This document shows positions 8,701 to 17,716 of a stretch of 20,000 bases of DNA, piece after piece. The stretch is taken from the sequence record SRR31156797_8254; one strand, written 5' to 3'. The translations under genes and the position numbers were made by a program. Positions within the stretch are counted from its first letter, which is position 1. Each line of letters begins with the position of its first letter. The notes under the pieces were generated by a model. The model searched no databases. It was not told the DNA's origin and was given only the letters and a program-made list of their open reading frames with translations.

Positions 8701-9439
8701 GGAACAGAGGATTCAAGAGGATGAATATAGTTTCCCGTATCATTATATACCAAGCTCTTCTAGCGGGTTTACTCAAACATTTAACTGGACTTGGGGAATA
8801 AACTATATCTCAGCATTAGAATATGTTTTAGGGAAGATCGCTGGATTTGGTATTGATTCAGTTTGTGACATAGGTTGTGGTGATGGACGTTTCGTTCGGG
8901 AATTACATAAAAAATTTAGTAATCTAGAAGTTTTAGGAATAGACTATTCGCAGAGAGCGATTATGATTGCAAAAGCTTTAAATCCAAAATTGAGATTTGA
9001 AGAAGCTGATATTTTAAGTGAGGGGTATAATTTTAAAGAGAGATTTCAGTTGTTAACAATGATTGAAGTTTTTGAACATATTCCATTGGACCGGGCAATG
9101 GACTTTGCAAGGAAAATATCTTCATTGCAAGTGAAGGGTGATAAGTTAATTATCACTGTTCCACATAAAAATAAACCTCTTAATAAAAAGCACTTTCAGC
9201 ATTTTGATAAGCAGAGCATTTTGGGATATTTTAATGATGGATATATTGTTAAAGATCTTGTATATTTTGATAGAAAATGTAAGATGAAAAGAATCATAGA
9301 TACACTCCTAACGAATCGCCTATTTATATTAAATAATAAATTAATTAAAAAATTAATCTATTCTTTCTATATAAAATATTGTTTTATAGCTTCCGATATA
9401 AACTGTAATAGAATGTATCTAGAGCTGGAGCGTATGTAG
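8693..9439 (+). CDS. Class I SAM-dependent methyltransferase
   Basis: Motif I VCDIGCGDG, GIDYS, IEVFEHI and LIITVP. Overlaps the upstream stop by 8 nt. Confidence 0.88.
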   Translation: MIEEQRIQEDEYSFPYHYIPSSSSGFTQTFNWTWGINYISALEYVLGKIAGFGIDSVCDIGCGDGRFVRELHKKFSNLEVLGIDYSQRAIMIAKALNPKLRFEEADILSEGYNFKERFQLLTMIEVFEHIPLDRAMDFARKISSLQVKGDKLIITVPHKNKPLNKKHFQHFDKQSILGYFNDGYIVKDLVYFDRKCKMKRIIDTLLTNRLFILNNKLIKKLIYSFYIKYCFIASDINCNRMYLELERM

Positions 9440-9441
9440 TC

Positions 9442-10347
9442 TTGATTCCCAATATTTCGATTTGTATTTGTACTTATAATCGTTCAGAGACGTTACCTTC
9501 TGCGATTAAATCTGTATTGGCACAATCATATGAAGATTATGAGTTGATTATTGTGGACGATTGTTCTGATGATGATACCGCTGGAGTTGTTTCATTATTT
9601 AAGGAAAATCTAACTAATCTTCGGTATATAAGACATAGTGAGAACAAAGGATTAGCAGCTGCTCGTAATACAGCTATCAGGGAAGCTCATGGGCGTTTTT
9701 TTACGTTCTGTGATGATGACGATATCTGGGATCAAAACTATTTAAAAGAATTTGTAGAACTTGCGAAGTTTTATGACTCTTCATGGTGCTTCTGCTGCGG
9801 ATCACGTACTGAGGATGGTACGGTGCTTTCTAATTTGAGTCTTGATGGTAAGCTGAAAGATTATATTAAAAAAGGTTATACGCCTCCAGTCGCCGGACAA
9901 TTTTACTTTATCGATCAATTGAGAGCTATTGATGGATATAATGAGAGGATTAGAAGTGGTGTTGATCATGATTTATGGATAAGGTTGTCCATAAACAATG
10001 GTAATATCAAATCATTAGGAAGGGCTTTAGCCATTCCAAACCAGGTATACTCACCTGAAAGAATGACGACCAATGAGAATAAAAGGAGGCAGGGGATAGA
10101 GGAGTCCCTGGGAATCTGGAAGGAAGATTTAGTAAAATATTTTGGAGTAGCATTTTTTAATAAGTTCCAGAAGTCTTATCGAGTATATATGGATAAGAAA
10201 TTTATTTTTGAGTATTTGAAATCACGCTCTTATTTCAAAGCCATTATGGTTTTCATAAAGTCCCCCGTTAAATTATTGTTTATTAGATCTATTCTACAGA
10301 AGAAGCTGAACAAGGACAAGGAGAGTCCTCTATTGTATATTAGATGA
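9442..10347 (+). CDS. Glycosyltransferase family 2
   Basis: ISICICTYNR, ELIIVDDCSDD, NKGLAAARN and TFCDDDD. TTG start 2 nt after the previous stop. Confidence 0.92.
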   Translation: MIPNISICICTYNRSETLPSAIKSVLAQSYEDYELIIVDDCSDDDTAGVVSLFKENLTNLRYIRHSENKGLAAARNTAIREAHGRFFTFCDDDDIWDQNYLKEFVELAKFYDSSWCFCCGSRTEDGTVLSNLSLDGKLKDYIKKGYTPPVAGQFYFIDQLRAIDGYNERIRSGVDHDLWIRLSINNGNIKSLGRALAIPNQVYSPERMTTNENKRRQGIEESLGIWKEDLVKYFGVAFFNKFQKSYRVYMDKKFIFEYLKSRSYFKAIMVFIKSPVKLLFIRSILQKKLNKDKESPLLYIR

Positions 10348-11138
10348 AGAAATACCCAATCCTTTCAATCATAACTGTTACATATAACGCTGGAAGAGTC
10401 CTGGAGAGGACTATCAGATCTATATTAGATCAGAAATGTGATTTTATCGAGTTCATAATTATTGATGGCGCATCTACTGATGATACAATTAATATTGCAG
10501 AAAAATATAAGGAGTCTATCAATAAGATCATATCCGAGCCAGACAATGGGCTTTATGATGCGATGAATAAAGGCCTTAGCTTAGCCAGTGGAGAATTCGT
10601 TTGTTTTTTAAACGCAGGGGATTACTTCTGTAATGATCGAATAATTCATACTGTGTTTAGTGACAATGACTATGGAAATTTTGATCTGATCTATGGGGAT
10701 GCTTTTCTTATCGATCAGGACTTTAATAAAATACGTGAGTTGAAAGCAGGTTTAATCAATAAGAAGAAAAGCAGAAAAGGAATGGTTATTTGTCACCAAT
10801 CTATGTTTGTAAGAAGATCTATTGCCCCCCTTTATGATTTAAATCTTGTATATAAGGCAGAGTTAAACTGGTTGTTGGATATCATGGAGTCAACAAATGA
10901 GGAGCGAATAAAGTATCATTCTTTTAGTATTGTGGATTATATGGTGGGAGGATTCTCACAGCAGCACTTCTATAGTAATTTTAAAGAACTTGTGGCTCTG
11001 CTACATAGACGCTTCGGTCTTATTCAGACTTTTATAAATATACCTCGCTATATAAGACTGTTTATAGGGTTTTATTTTCGAAAACACCTCAATATCCATA
11101 CATTTCGCTTTTGGACTTATTTTAGGAGGAGTAGATGA
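10344..11138 (+). CDS. Glycosyltransferase family 2 (WcaE/WfgS-like)
   Basis: LSIITVTYNA, IIIDGASTD, SEPDNGLYDAMNKG, FLNAGD and CHQSMF are hallmarks of this GT2 subfamily. Confidence 0.92.
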   Translation: MKKYPILSIITVTYNAGRVLERTIRSILDQKCDFIEFIIIDGASTDDTINIAEKYKESINKIISEPDNGLYDAMNKGLSLASGEFVCFLNAGDYFCNDRIIHTVFSDNDYGNFDLIYGDAFLIDQDFNKIRELKAGLINKKKSRKGMVICHQSMFVRRSIAPLYDLNLVYKAELNWLLDIMESTNEERIKYHSFSIVDYMVGGFSQQHFYSNFKELVALLHRRFGLIQTFINIPRYIRLFIGFYFRKHLNIHTFRFWTYFRRSR

Positions 11139-12049
11139 TCAGTTTCGCTATGCCGGCGAAAAATACTTCGGACTTCATAGAGGACGCAATTACATCTTTG
11201 CAGTCTGAAAATCAAGTTGAGTGGGAATTGATTGTAGTAGATGATCATTCGGAGGATACAACGGCTGATATCGTTAAAAGATTATCCGGGGAAGATTCAC
11301 GTATACGGTTTTTCAGAAATACAGGGAATGGAAAGATTGATGCGTTGAATTTTGCTTATACCCAATGCCGTGGAGAAATCCTTAAATTCATTGACTCAGA
11401 TGATGTTATAGATAGTAGTATTTTTTCAATCTTAAGTCATCATGAAATATATGATACTGTCTGCCACGGTACGTATATAACAGATGAAAAGCTGGTTACT
11501 ACAGGAACATATCAGTTGAATATGGACTTTATTAATGGAAGCTTTGAAGAGTGTTATGCGGACCTCAGAAGTATTCCCAGGTGTATGTGGTCATTTAAAA
11601 GGCAGGTCGCTGATAAGATTTTCCCAATGCCGAAGGTGCTGCCATTCGAAGATGTCTGGTTTTCATTGATCATTAAGTTCTATGAGTATAGTATATTTCC
11701 TTCAAAAGATATCCCTTACTATTACAGACAGCATGGTAACCAAGTCTATGGCGGTGTTTACAATCATAGCCCCGAAAAAGTGATCTTCAGGGCTAAAAGA
11801 ATGCTTAACCTTATGTCTGTATTGGATAATGAGCAGAAACATGGTTTTAATGCATATAAAGAACTAACCTGTTGTAAAAAAAGGTTTTATTATTTGATGT
11901 CTTTACGTTCACCAAGTGTACTTTCAATTATTAGAGCGGATATTTCTGGAAAAGATAAAATAAAACTGATTTTGTATAAGAAGATAAACTGGTTTGTTCA
12001 ATACTCATTACGTATAAAATGGATTATTGATAGATATAGAAGGAATTAG
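11135..12049 (+). CDS. Glycosyltransferase family 2
   Basis: ELIVVDDHSED, GKIDALN, FIDSDD, FEDVW and YYRQHGNQ motifs. Confidence 0.9.
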   Translation: MISFAMPAKNTSDFIEDAITSLQSENQVEWELIVVDDHSEDTTADIVKRLSGEDSRIRFFRNTGNGKIDALNFAYTQCRGEILKFIDSDDVIDSSIFSILSHHEIYDTVCHGTYITDEKLVTTGTYQLNMDFINGSFEECYADLRSIPRCMWSFKRQVADKIFPMPKVLPFEDVWFSLIIKFYEYSIFPSKDIPYYYRQHGNQVYGGVYNHSPEKVIFRAKRMLNLMSVLDNEQKHGFNAYKELTCCKKRFYYLMSLRSPSVLSIIRADISGKDKIKLILYKKINWFVQYSLRIKWIIDRYRRN

Positions 12050-12065
12050 GATAGAGTTCGTGCAT

Positions 12066-13367
12066 ATGATATACGAAAACTTACTGGATAAGATTAAGCG
12101 GAACGATGAAAGAATCGCTATACTTGGAATGGGCTATGTGGGGCTTCCTCTTGCTGTGACTTTTGCTTTAAAAAAGCTTAAAGTCACAGGTTTTGATCCG
12201 TCAGTTGAAAAGACTGATATGATTAACAAAGGAATAAATTATATCGGTGATGTAGAGGATTCTGAGTTGTCGCAGGTTGTGTCTGATGGGTCATTGATCG
12301 CCAGCTCTGATTTCAGCCGTTTAGACGAGTTCGACATTATTATTATATGTGTTCCAACGCCCCTGGATAAATTTAAAAAACCTAACATGTCCTATATAGA
12401 GAGAGCTAGTAATGATATAGGACGATATATGAAGAAGGGGACTCTCGTAGTTCTTGAGAGTACAACCTATCCTACAACAACTGAAAGCCTGGTTCTGCCC
12501 ATTATTGAGGAAAAGTCAGGATATCAGCATGGAAAGGATTTCTGGTTGGCTTTCAGTCCCGAACGTGTTGACCCCGGTAATGCACGGTTCAAAACTGAAA
12601 ATACTCCCAAAGTTTTTGGAGCTATGTCACAAGAAGGAAGGACTCTGGGAATCGCGGTTTATGAAAAGGCCATTACAAAAATCCATCCTGTTAGTTCCCC
12701 CAGAGTCGCAGAGATGGTTAAGATTCTCGAAAATACATATCGGCTTGTGAATATCTCTCTCATAAATGAATTGGCATTACTAGCCGGACGGATGGAAATT
12801 GATATTTGGGAAGTTATAGAGGCCGCAGGCACGAAACCATTCGGATTCCAGGCATTTTATCCGGGGCCTGGGATAGGTGGACATTGTATCCCATTAGATC
12901 CGTTTTATCTTGAGTATATTGCTAAGAATTATAATTTTGACCTGACAATGATAAATACAGCCGGACATATTGACAATATGATGCCGCATCGTATGATGGT
13001 TAAGATCAATTTTGCGTTGAACAAGCATAAGATTGCTATAAACGGAGCGAAGATTCTATTTCTGGGGGTCGCCTATAAAGAGGATATCGGTGATGAGAGA
13101 GAGTCTCCTGCATTAAAGATTATGGATGAAGTCTTAAGAAAAGGTGGTGAGGTTTCATATTATGATCCCTATGTTGAATCTATCAAAACAGATTCTGGAC
13201 ACTGTCTTACTGGTGATGATTCATTGGATGTCTCCAGTTATGATTGTATAGTGGTTACAACAAAACACTCTGTTTTTAATTTTAATGATATATATAGTGA
13301 TGCAAAGATAATTGTTGATTTAAGAAATGCATATGCAAAAGAAGATTCAAAAGTATATAAACTGTAA
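12066..13367 (+). CDS. wbpA: UDP-N-acetylhexosamine 6-dehydrogenase (WbpA/WbpO/TviB family)
   Basis: GMGYVGLPLA, ICVPTPL, ESTTYP, AFSPERVDPGN, KILENTYRLVNI, catalytic GPGIGGHCIPLDP and GVAYK..DERESP. Start placed at ATG 12066 (GTG 12060 also possible) rather than 12027, which overlaps the previous gene. Confidence 0.92.
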   Translation: MIYENLLDKIKRNDERIAILGMGYVGLPLAVTFALKKLKVTGFDPSVEKTDMINKGINYIGDVEDSELSQVVSDGSLIASSDFSRLDEFDIIIICVPTPLDKFKKPNMSYIERASNDIGRYMKKGTLVVLESTTYPTTTESLVLPIIEEKSGYQHGKDFWLAFSPERVDPGNARFKTENTPKVFGAMSQEGRTLGIAVYEKAITKIHPVSSPRVAEMVKILENTYRLVNISLINELALLAGRMEIDIWEVIEAAGTKPFGFQAFYPGPGIGGHCIPLDPFYLEYIAKNYNFDLTMINTAGHIDNMMPHRMMVKINFALNKHKIAINGAKILFLGVAYKEDIGDERESPALKIMDEVLRKGGEVSYYDPYVESIKTDSGHCLTGDDSLDVSSYDCIVVTTKHSVFNFNDIYSDAKIIVDLRNAYAKEDSKVYKL

Positions 13368-13383
13368 TTTGAAGGAATAATCA

Positions 13384-14286
13384 ATGAGTAATTCAAAAAA
13401 TGATAATGGAATAGATTTGTTTGATATGTTTATTGTATTACTGAAGTATCGTAAAACTGCAGTAATCATATTATTGTGCACCGTATTTCTGCTTTCTATG
13501 GGATTTCTGGTAGTTCCTAAGAGAAGTTTCTCTAAAGAAAGACTTGAGTTAGTGACTGAAGGTTCTTTAACGATTGCTTGTCGATCTGACATCTCTAGAT
13601 ACACATTAAATGGCGTAGAGCAATCTACATACTTTGCTGACCCAAATGAGCTATTTACAAATAGAAGAATTAAATGGATTTTTGAAGATATGAGTCTCGT
13701 ATATAATTCAATTGAAAGTGGAGTTATAAATAAAACAATTAATTTAAGTTCAGATAGTGTAGATCAAATAAAGGCATCTCATTTTGGAAGAAGGGAAATT
13801 ACAGATAATTCAGATTGGTGTTACTTCTTTGATATTAATGACTATCTTATAAATCTTCATTTCATAGTCGGCGGCAATCTTGAAAATGAGGTTTATGATT
13901 TTTTTGATAGTTTTATCAGTATAGCTAATGACGTTATGCTGGGGATAACACAAGACAACTTTGATTACAGAGATGTTCTTCTATATGAAGATGACAAGAA
14001 TCTAAGTCATCTCAGCGATGAAAAGCTATTACAATATGCACAAGCAAAAGGAATTAAAGCTGGGATAATTGATCCGTTTGTATTGATAAGTAAGCCTTCG
14101 GTTCGGGTTGTTAGTGGTAAAAGTCTGAATGATTATAAAACAGAATATCTTCGGGTCGCTATCGCTGTTTTCCTATGTGCAGTATTATTGTCGATTTTAA
14201 TTCCGTTTATACTTGAGTACATATCCAGTATTAAGAAAGATAATGATAAAATGGCTCTGATACGAGACGCACTGAAGAAGAAATGA
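13384..14286 (+). CDS. wzz: Wzz-like polysaccharide co-polymerase / chain-length determinant (divergent)
   Basis: N-terminal IDLFDMFIVLLKYRK followed by a TM helix, a central soluble domain, a second TM helix near the C-terminus and a basic tail. This is PCP-1 topology, and there is no kinase domain. Confidence 0.65.
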   Translation: MSNSKNDNGIDLFDMFIVLLKYRKTAVIILLCTVFLLSMGFLVVPKRSFSKERLELVTEGSLTIACRSDISRYTLNGVEQSTYFADPNELFTNRRIKWIFEDMSLVYNSIESGVINKTINLSSDSVDQIKASHFGRREITDNSDWCYFFDINDYLINLHFIVGGNLENEVYDFFDSFISIANDVMLGITQDNFDYRDVLLYEDDKNLSHLSDEKLLQYAQAKGIKAGIIDPFVLISKPSVRVVSGKSLNDYKTEYLRVAIAVFLCAVLLSILIPFILEYISSIKKDNDKMALIRDALKKK

Positions 14287-14975
14287 TGTCGATAATCAAT
14301 TTAGAACAGTTAACAAAGACCTATCCCCTTGGCAAGCTTGAAGTTAAGGCTCTCAAGGGGATTGATCTCGAGATTATGGAAGGGGACTTTGTGTCGGTGG
14401 CCGGCCCCTCCGGTTCTGGAAAGACGACATTGATGAATATCATTGGATTGATAGATACGCCAAGCGGTGGGCAGCTATCGATACAAGATCGGCTTTTGGA
14501 TAATCTTGGCAGGTCGGAACTCACGAAGCTTAGACACGAAACTATCGGATTCGTGTTTCAATCATTTAACCTGCTTCCTGTGTTGAATGTATTTGAGAAT
14601 GTTGAGCTCCCTCTGATGCTCGGTAATAACAGGATGCCGAAGAATGAACGTAAAGAATGGATTGACCATCTGCTTCACGAAGTCGGTCTTGATGAACGCA
14701 AAGGGCATAAACCACGGGAGCTATCGGGAGGGCAGCAGCAGAGAGTGGCTATTGCCAGGGCTTTGGTGACAAAGCCCAAGATCATCATTGCTGATGAGCC
14801 GACGGCAAACCTGGACTCTGTTACAGGTGAGCGTATCCTGAATCTGATGAAACAGGTTAATGAGGAGGAAGGTACCACATTCATCTTCTCAACTCATGAT
14901 CCCTCCATCTGGAAGATTGCGAATCATGTTATTTTCCTTCGTGATGGTTTAATAGAATCGGAGACCCGTTCGTGA
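14283..14975 (+). CDS. ABC transporter ATP-binding protein, LolD/MacB/FtsE family
   Basis: Walker A GPSGSGKT, Q-loop IGFVFQSFNL, signature LSGGQQQRVAIARAL, Walker B IIIADEPTANLD and H-loop STHD. Confidence 0.95.
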   Translation: MMSIINLEQLTKTYPLGKLEVKALKGIDLEIMEGDFVSVAGPSGSGKTTLMNIIGLIDTPSGGQLSIQDRLLDNLGRSELTKLRHETIGFVFQSFNLLPVLNVFENVELPLMLGNNRMPKNERKEWIDHLLHEVGLDERKGHKPRELSGGQQQRVAIARALVTKPKIIIADEPTANLDSVTGERILNLMKQVNEEEGTTFIFSTHDPSIWKIANHVIFLRDGLIESETRS

Positions 14976-16417
14976 TTTTTCTTCTGGCAATTAGAAATCT
15001 CCTGCGTCACATCAAAAATACAATTCTTCTGTCTCTCCTGATTGCATTTATTACCTTCGTGTTTTTTCTCGGAAACAGTCTACTGTCTCAGTCGGACCGT
15101 GAACTGCGTAGGACCTATGTAGATAACCTCACTGCGGATCTTATGATCCAGAAAACAACCGATGTGTCAATGAATATTTTCGGAGCGAATACTCCGGTTA
15201 TCGATGAGTATTTTTCTATTCCGGTTTTAGCAGACTACCAGGAGATCATGTCTATTCTTGAACAGGAGGATGGGGTTTCATATGCTTCTATCGTATCTGG
15301 TAAGGCTGTAATGGACCTTAGTGGTTCAAGAGAATTGGTATTCCTCTTGGGTGTTGAGCTGCCGCAGTATTTTGATATCTTTCCCGGGATTTTTATTAGG
15401 GAAGGACACTTTCTTGAAAAGGGGGAAGAAGGGGTAATGTTATCCCGGAGTAGAGTTGAGTCGATAGAAACCAAGACTGGACGAAAGGCGTCAATCGGTG
15501 ACTATGTGATGCTTACCTCCGTTTCGAAGGACAGCTTCCGGATCAGGGAAATACCTCTTGTCGGTATCTTTGATTATGAGAATCCGGGGCCGAATATGGA
15601 ACAGATTGTTTTAGTGGATCCTCAAACGGTCCGTGTAATGTCATCCGTTCTTAATGAAGCCGTAGAAATAGTTGAAGTTGAAGAAGAGGCATTAGGACTG
15701 CTGGGGGATGATCTGGATTCTTTATTCTCAGATGATATTTATGATGAGATAGACGATCAGTCCACAGGTCTATCCATTGATGAGTTGCAGAACGATCTGC
15801 TTGTCGACAGCGAAAAAGAATCAGCTGATTCTGTAGGCGGAGACTGGAACTATATTCTGATGCGCCTAGATAAGGGATATTCAGCTTCAGCTGTTCAAAA
15901 AAGACTGAATAGTAAGCTTGATGAAATAGGATACCGTGTTGTCGATTGGCGTACTGCCGCCGGCAATGCCGCATTGTCAGTGTTACTGCTTCAAACTCTT
16001 TTCTATGGCGGAACCATACTGATAGGTCTTGCCGGAGTCATCTCTATTATCAATATTGTTTTAATCTCCGTTTTTAAAAGGACCAAAGAAATCGGTACGT
16101 TACGGGCTATCGGTGCCTCAGATGCTTTTATCGCTCAGATGATTCTATTAGAGAATTTCTTTCTCTCTCTCATCGCAGGGATGGCAGGTATCTTACTGGG
16201 AACAGTAATGATCAGATATATCAATAGTCTAGAAATCCCTTTCGGGAATCCATTGATCAGCGCCATATTCGGAGGCGATATCCTTTTTATCCATTTACAG
16301 TCGATCGAAGCATTAAAGGCGCTGATGCTGGCAGTCCTGTTAGGATTCCTTTCTGCCATATTCCCGGGATGGAAAGCCATAATGATAAATCCTATTGAAG
16401 CGGTCAGAAGGGGGTAG
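14972..16417 (+). CDS. ABC transporter permease, FtsX/LolE/MacB type, with acidic periplasmic insertion
   Basis: N-terminal LAIRNLLRH plus TM, large periplasmic domain, three C-terminal TMs with RTKEIGTLRAIGA, and terminal PGWKAIMINPIEAVR. GTG start overlaps the ATPase stop. Confidence 0.9.
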   Translation: MIFLLAIRNLLRHIKNTILLSLLIAFITFVFFLGNSLLSQSDRELRRTYVDNLTADLMIQKTTDVSMNIFGANTPVIDEYFSIPVLADYQEIMSILEQEDGVSYASIVSGKAVMDLSGSRELVFLLGVELPQYFDIFPGIFIREGHFLEKGEEGVMLSRSRVESIETKTGRKASIGDYVMLTSVSKDSFRIREIPLVGIFDYENPGPNMEQIVLVDPQTVRVMSSVLNEAVEIVEVEEEALGLLGDDLDSLFSDDIYDEIDDQSTGLSIDELQNDLLVDSEKESADSVGGDWNYILMRLDKGYSASAVQKRLNSKLDEIGYRVVDWRTAAGNAALSVLLLQTLFYGGTILIGLAGVISIINIVLISVFKRTKEIGTLRAIGASDAFIAQMILLENFFLSLIAGMAGILLGTVMIRYINSLEIPFGNPLISAIFGGDILFIHLQSIEALKALMLAVLLGFLSAIFPGWKAIMINPIEAVRRG

Positions 16418-16423
16418 GATAGG

Positions 16424-17716
16424 ATGCGGTTTATTCATTTATTAAGCCTTTCTGTGCGGTACTTTAAATTGCATTTCAAGCAGTATTTGTTTCTACTGAT
16501 CGCTATTTCATTCGGGTTCGGAGTCGTTACAACTCTGACTTCCCTGAAGGCGGGAATGGAAAACAATCTTTATAATACTTCACAGTCTCACTATGCCGGT
16601 GATATTTATATTATGGGTGAAAACAGAAGGATTATTAACAACATTGATAATCCGGAGATGATTGAAAGACTTATTAAAGAATCAGGCATCACTTTTGATC
16701 GTACGGTTCTCAGGACTCAGTTAGGGGAGGGATATCTCTACCATGAGGGGGCCGTAATCAGGCAAAAATATGTGATTGGTGTTGACTGGGAGAAAGAGAA
16801 GAGCCTTTTTGAGGGTATGAAGTACTCCGCAATTACAGAGAATCCTTTTTCAGAAGGCAATATTCTGATTTCGACTCCTGTAGCTGAAAGGCTTAATGTC
16901 CAACTGGGTGATCAAATCCTGCTGGAGGTTCAGACCAGACACAGACAGGTCAATACGGGGGCTTTTACGGTAAGCGGAATTGTAGAAGATCGTTCCATAT
17001 TCGGGTATTTCAAGTGCTATCTCTCCCGTCAGGATCTGAATGATTTAATCCTTTATCGCGAGGAGGAGTGTTCCAGTATCGGTGTCTACCTCGCCGATAA
17101 AAGTTCTTCTTCTACAGCTGCACTTGCATTGTATGATGTATTTAAAAATCAGATAGACACTGCACCATTAGTAGAGAATCGTGACGGTTTGAACCGTGAG
17201 CTGACCAGGGAATGGGAAGGAATCCGGTACTTCATTCTGCCTCTCTCTGTGTATATCTCAGATGTAGCCGAGCTTTTGCTGGCGATCGGAATGATCTCGT
17301 ACTTTCTCTATGTTATGATGCTCCTGATTATCGTTGTAAGCGTCCTGGTAACATACCGTTTATTGCTGCACGAACGGGAGAAGGAGCTGGGGACGATGCG
17401 GGCCATAGTCTTCACACGAGCTGAGATCGTTTCCATGCTTATCATGGAGATGCTTGTCCTTTTCCTATTGTCCGTGGTATTGGGCTCTATATTGGCTCGA
17501 CTTGTCGTGTGGGCGACTTCTTTCCTTTCATTTTCCAGTATCGCAAGTTTCGAAATCTTTATGAAAGATGGTAAGCTAACGGCTATATATTCGGTAAAGA
17601 CATTTCTGATCAATTGCGTTATTGTTCTGACATCGTTGTTACCAGCGGTTATCTGGCCTGTTTATAATGCATCAAAGCAGCCGTTGGCCGTAGTACTTTC
17701 AGGAGGTAGTAAGTGA
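16424..17716 (+). CDS. ABC transporter permease, FtsX/LolE/MacB type (second subunit)
   Basis: Same topology as the first permease: AERLNVQLGD, VSGI, EREKELGTMRAI and terminal PVYNASKQPLAVVL. Confidence 0.88.
   Translation: MRFIHLLSLSVRYFKLHFKQYLFLLIAISFGFGVVTTLTSLKAGMENNLYNTSQSHYAGDIYIMGENRRIINNIDNPEMIERLIKESGITFDRTVLRTQLGEGYLYHEGAVIRQKYVIGVDWEKEKSLFEGMKYSAITENPFSEGNILISTPVAERLNVQLGDQILLEVQTRHRQVNTGAFTVSGIVEDRSIFGYFKCYLSRQDLNDLILYREEECSSIGVYLADKSSSSTAALALYDVFKNQIDTAPLVENRDGLNRELTREWEGIRYFILPLSVYISDVAELLLAIGMISYFLYVMMLLIIVVSVLVTYRLLLHEREKELGTMRAIVFTRAEIVSMLIMEMLVLFLLSVVLGSILARLVVWATSFLSFSSIASFEIFMKDGKLTAIYSVKTFLINCVIVLTSLLPAVIWPVYNASKQPLAVVLSGGSK

Noticed and set aside
14283-17716. ABC genes as Wzm/Wzt O-antigen exporter or LptBFG
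   Set aside because: The ATPase and permease motifs and topology are of the LolD/FtsX/MacB type, not ABC-2 Wzm/Wzt or LptFG.
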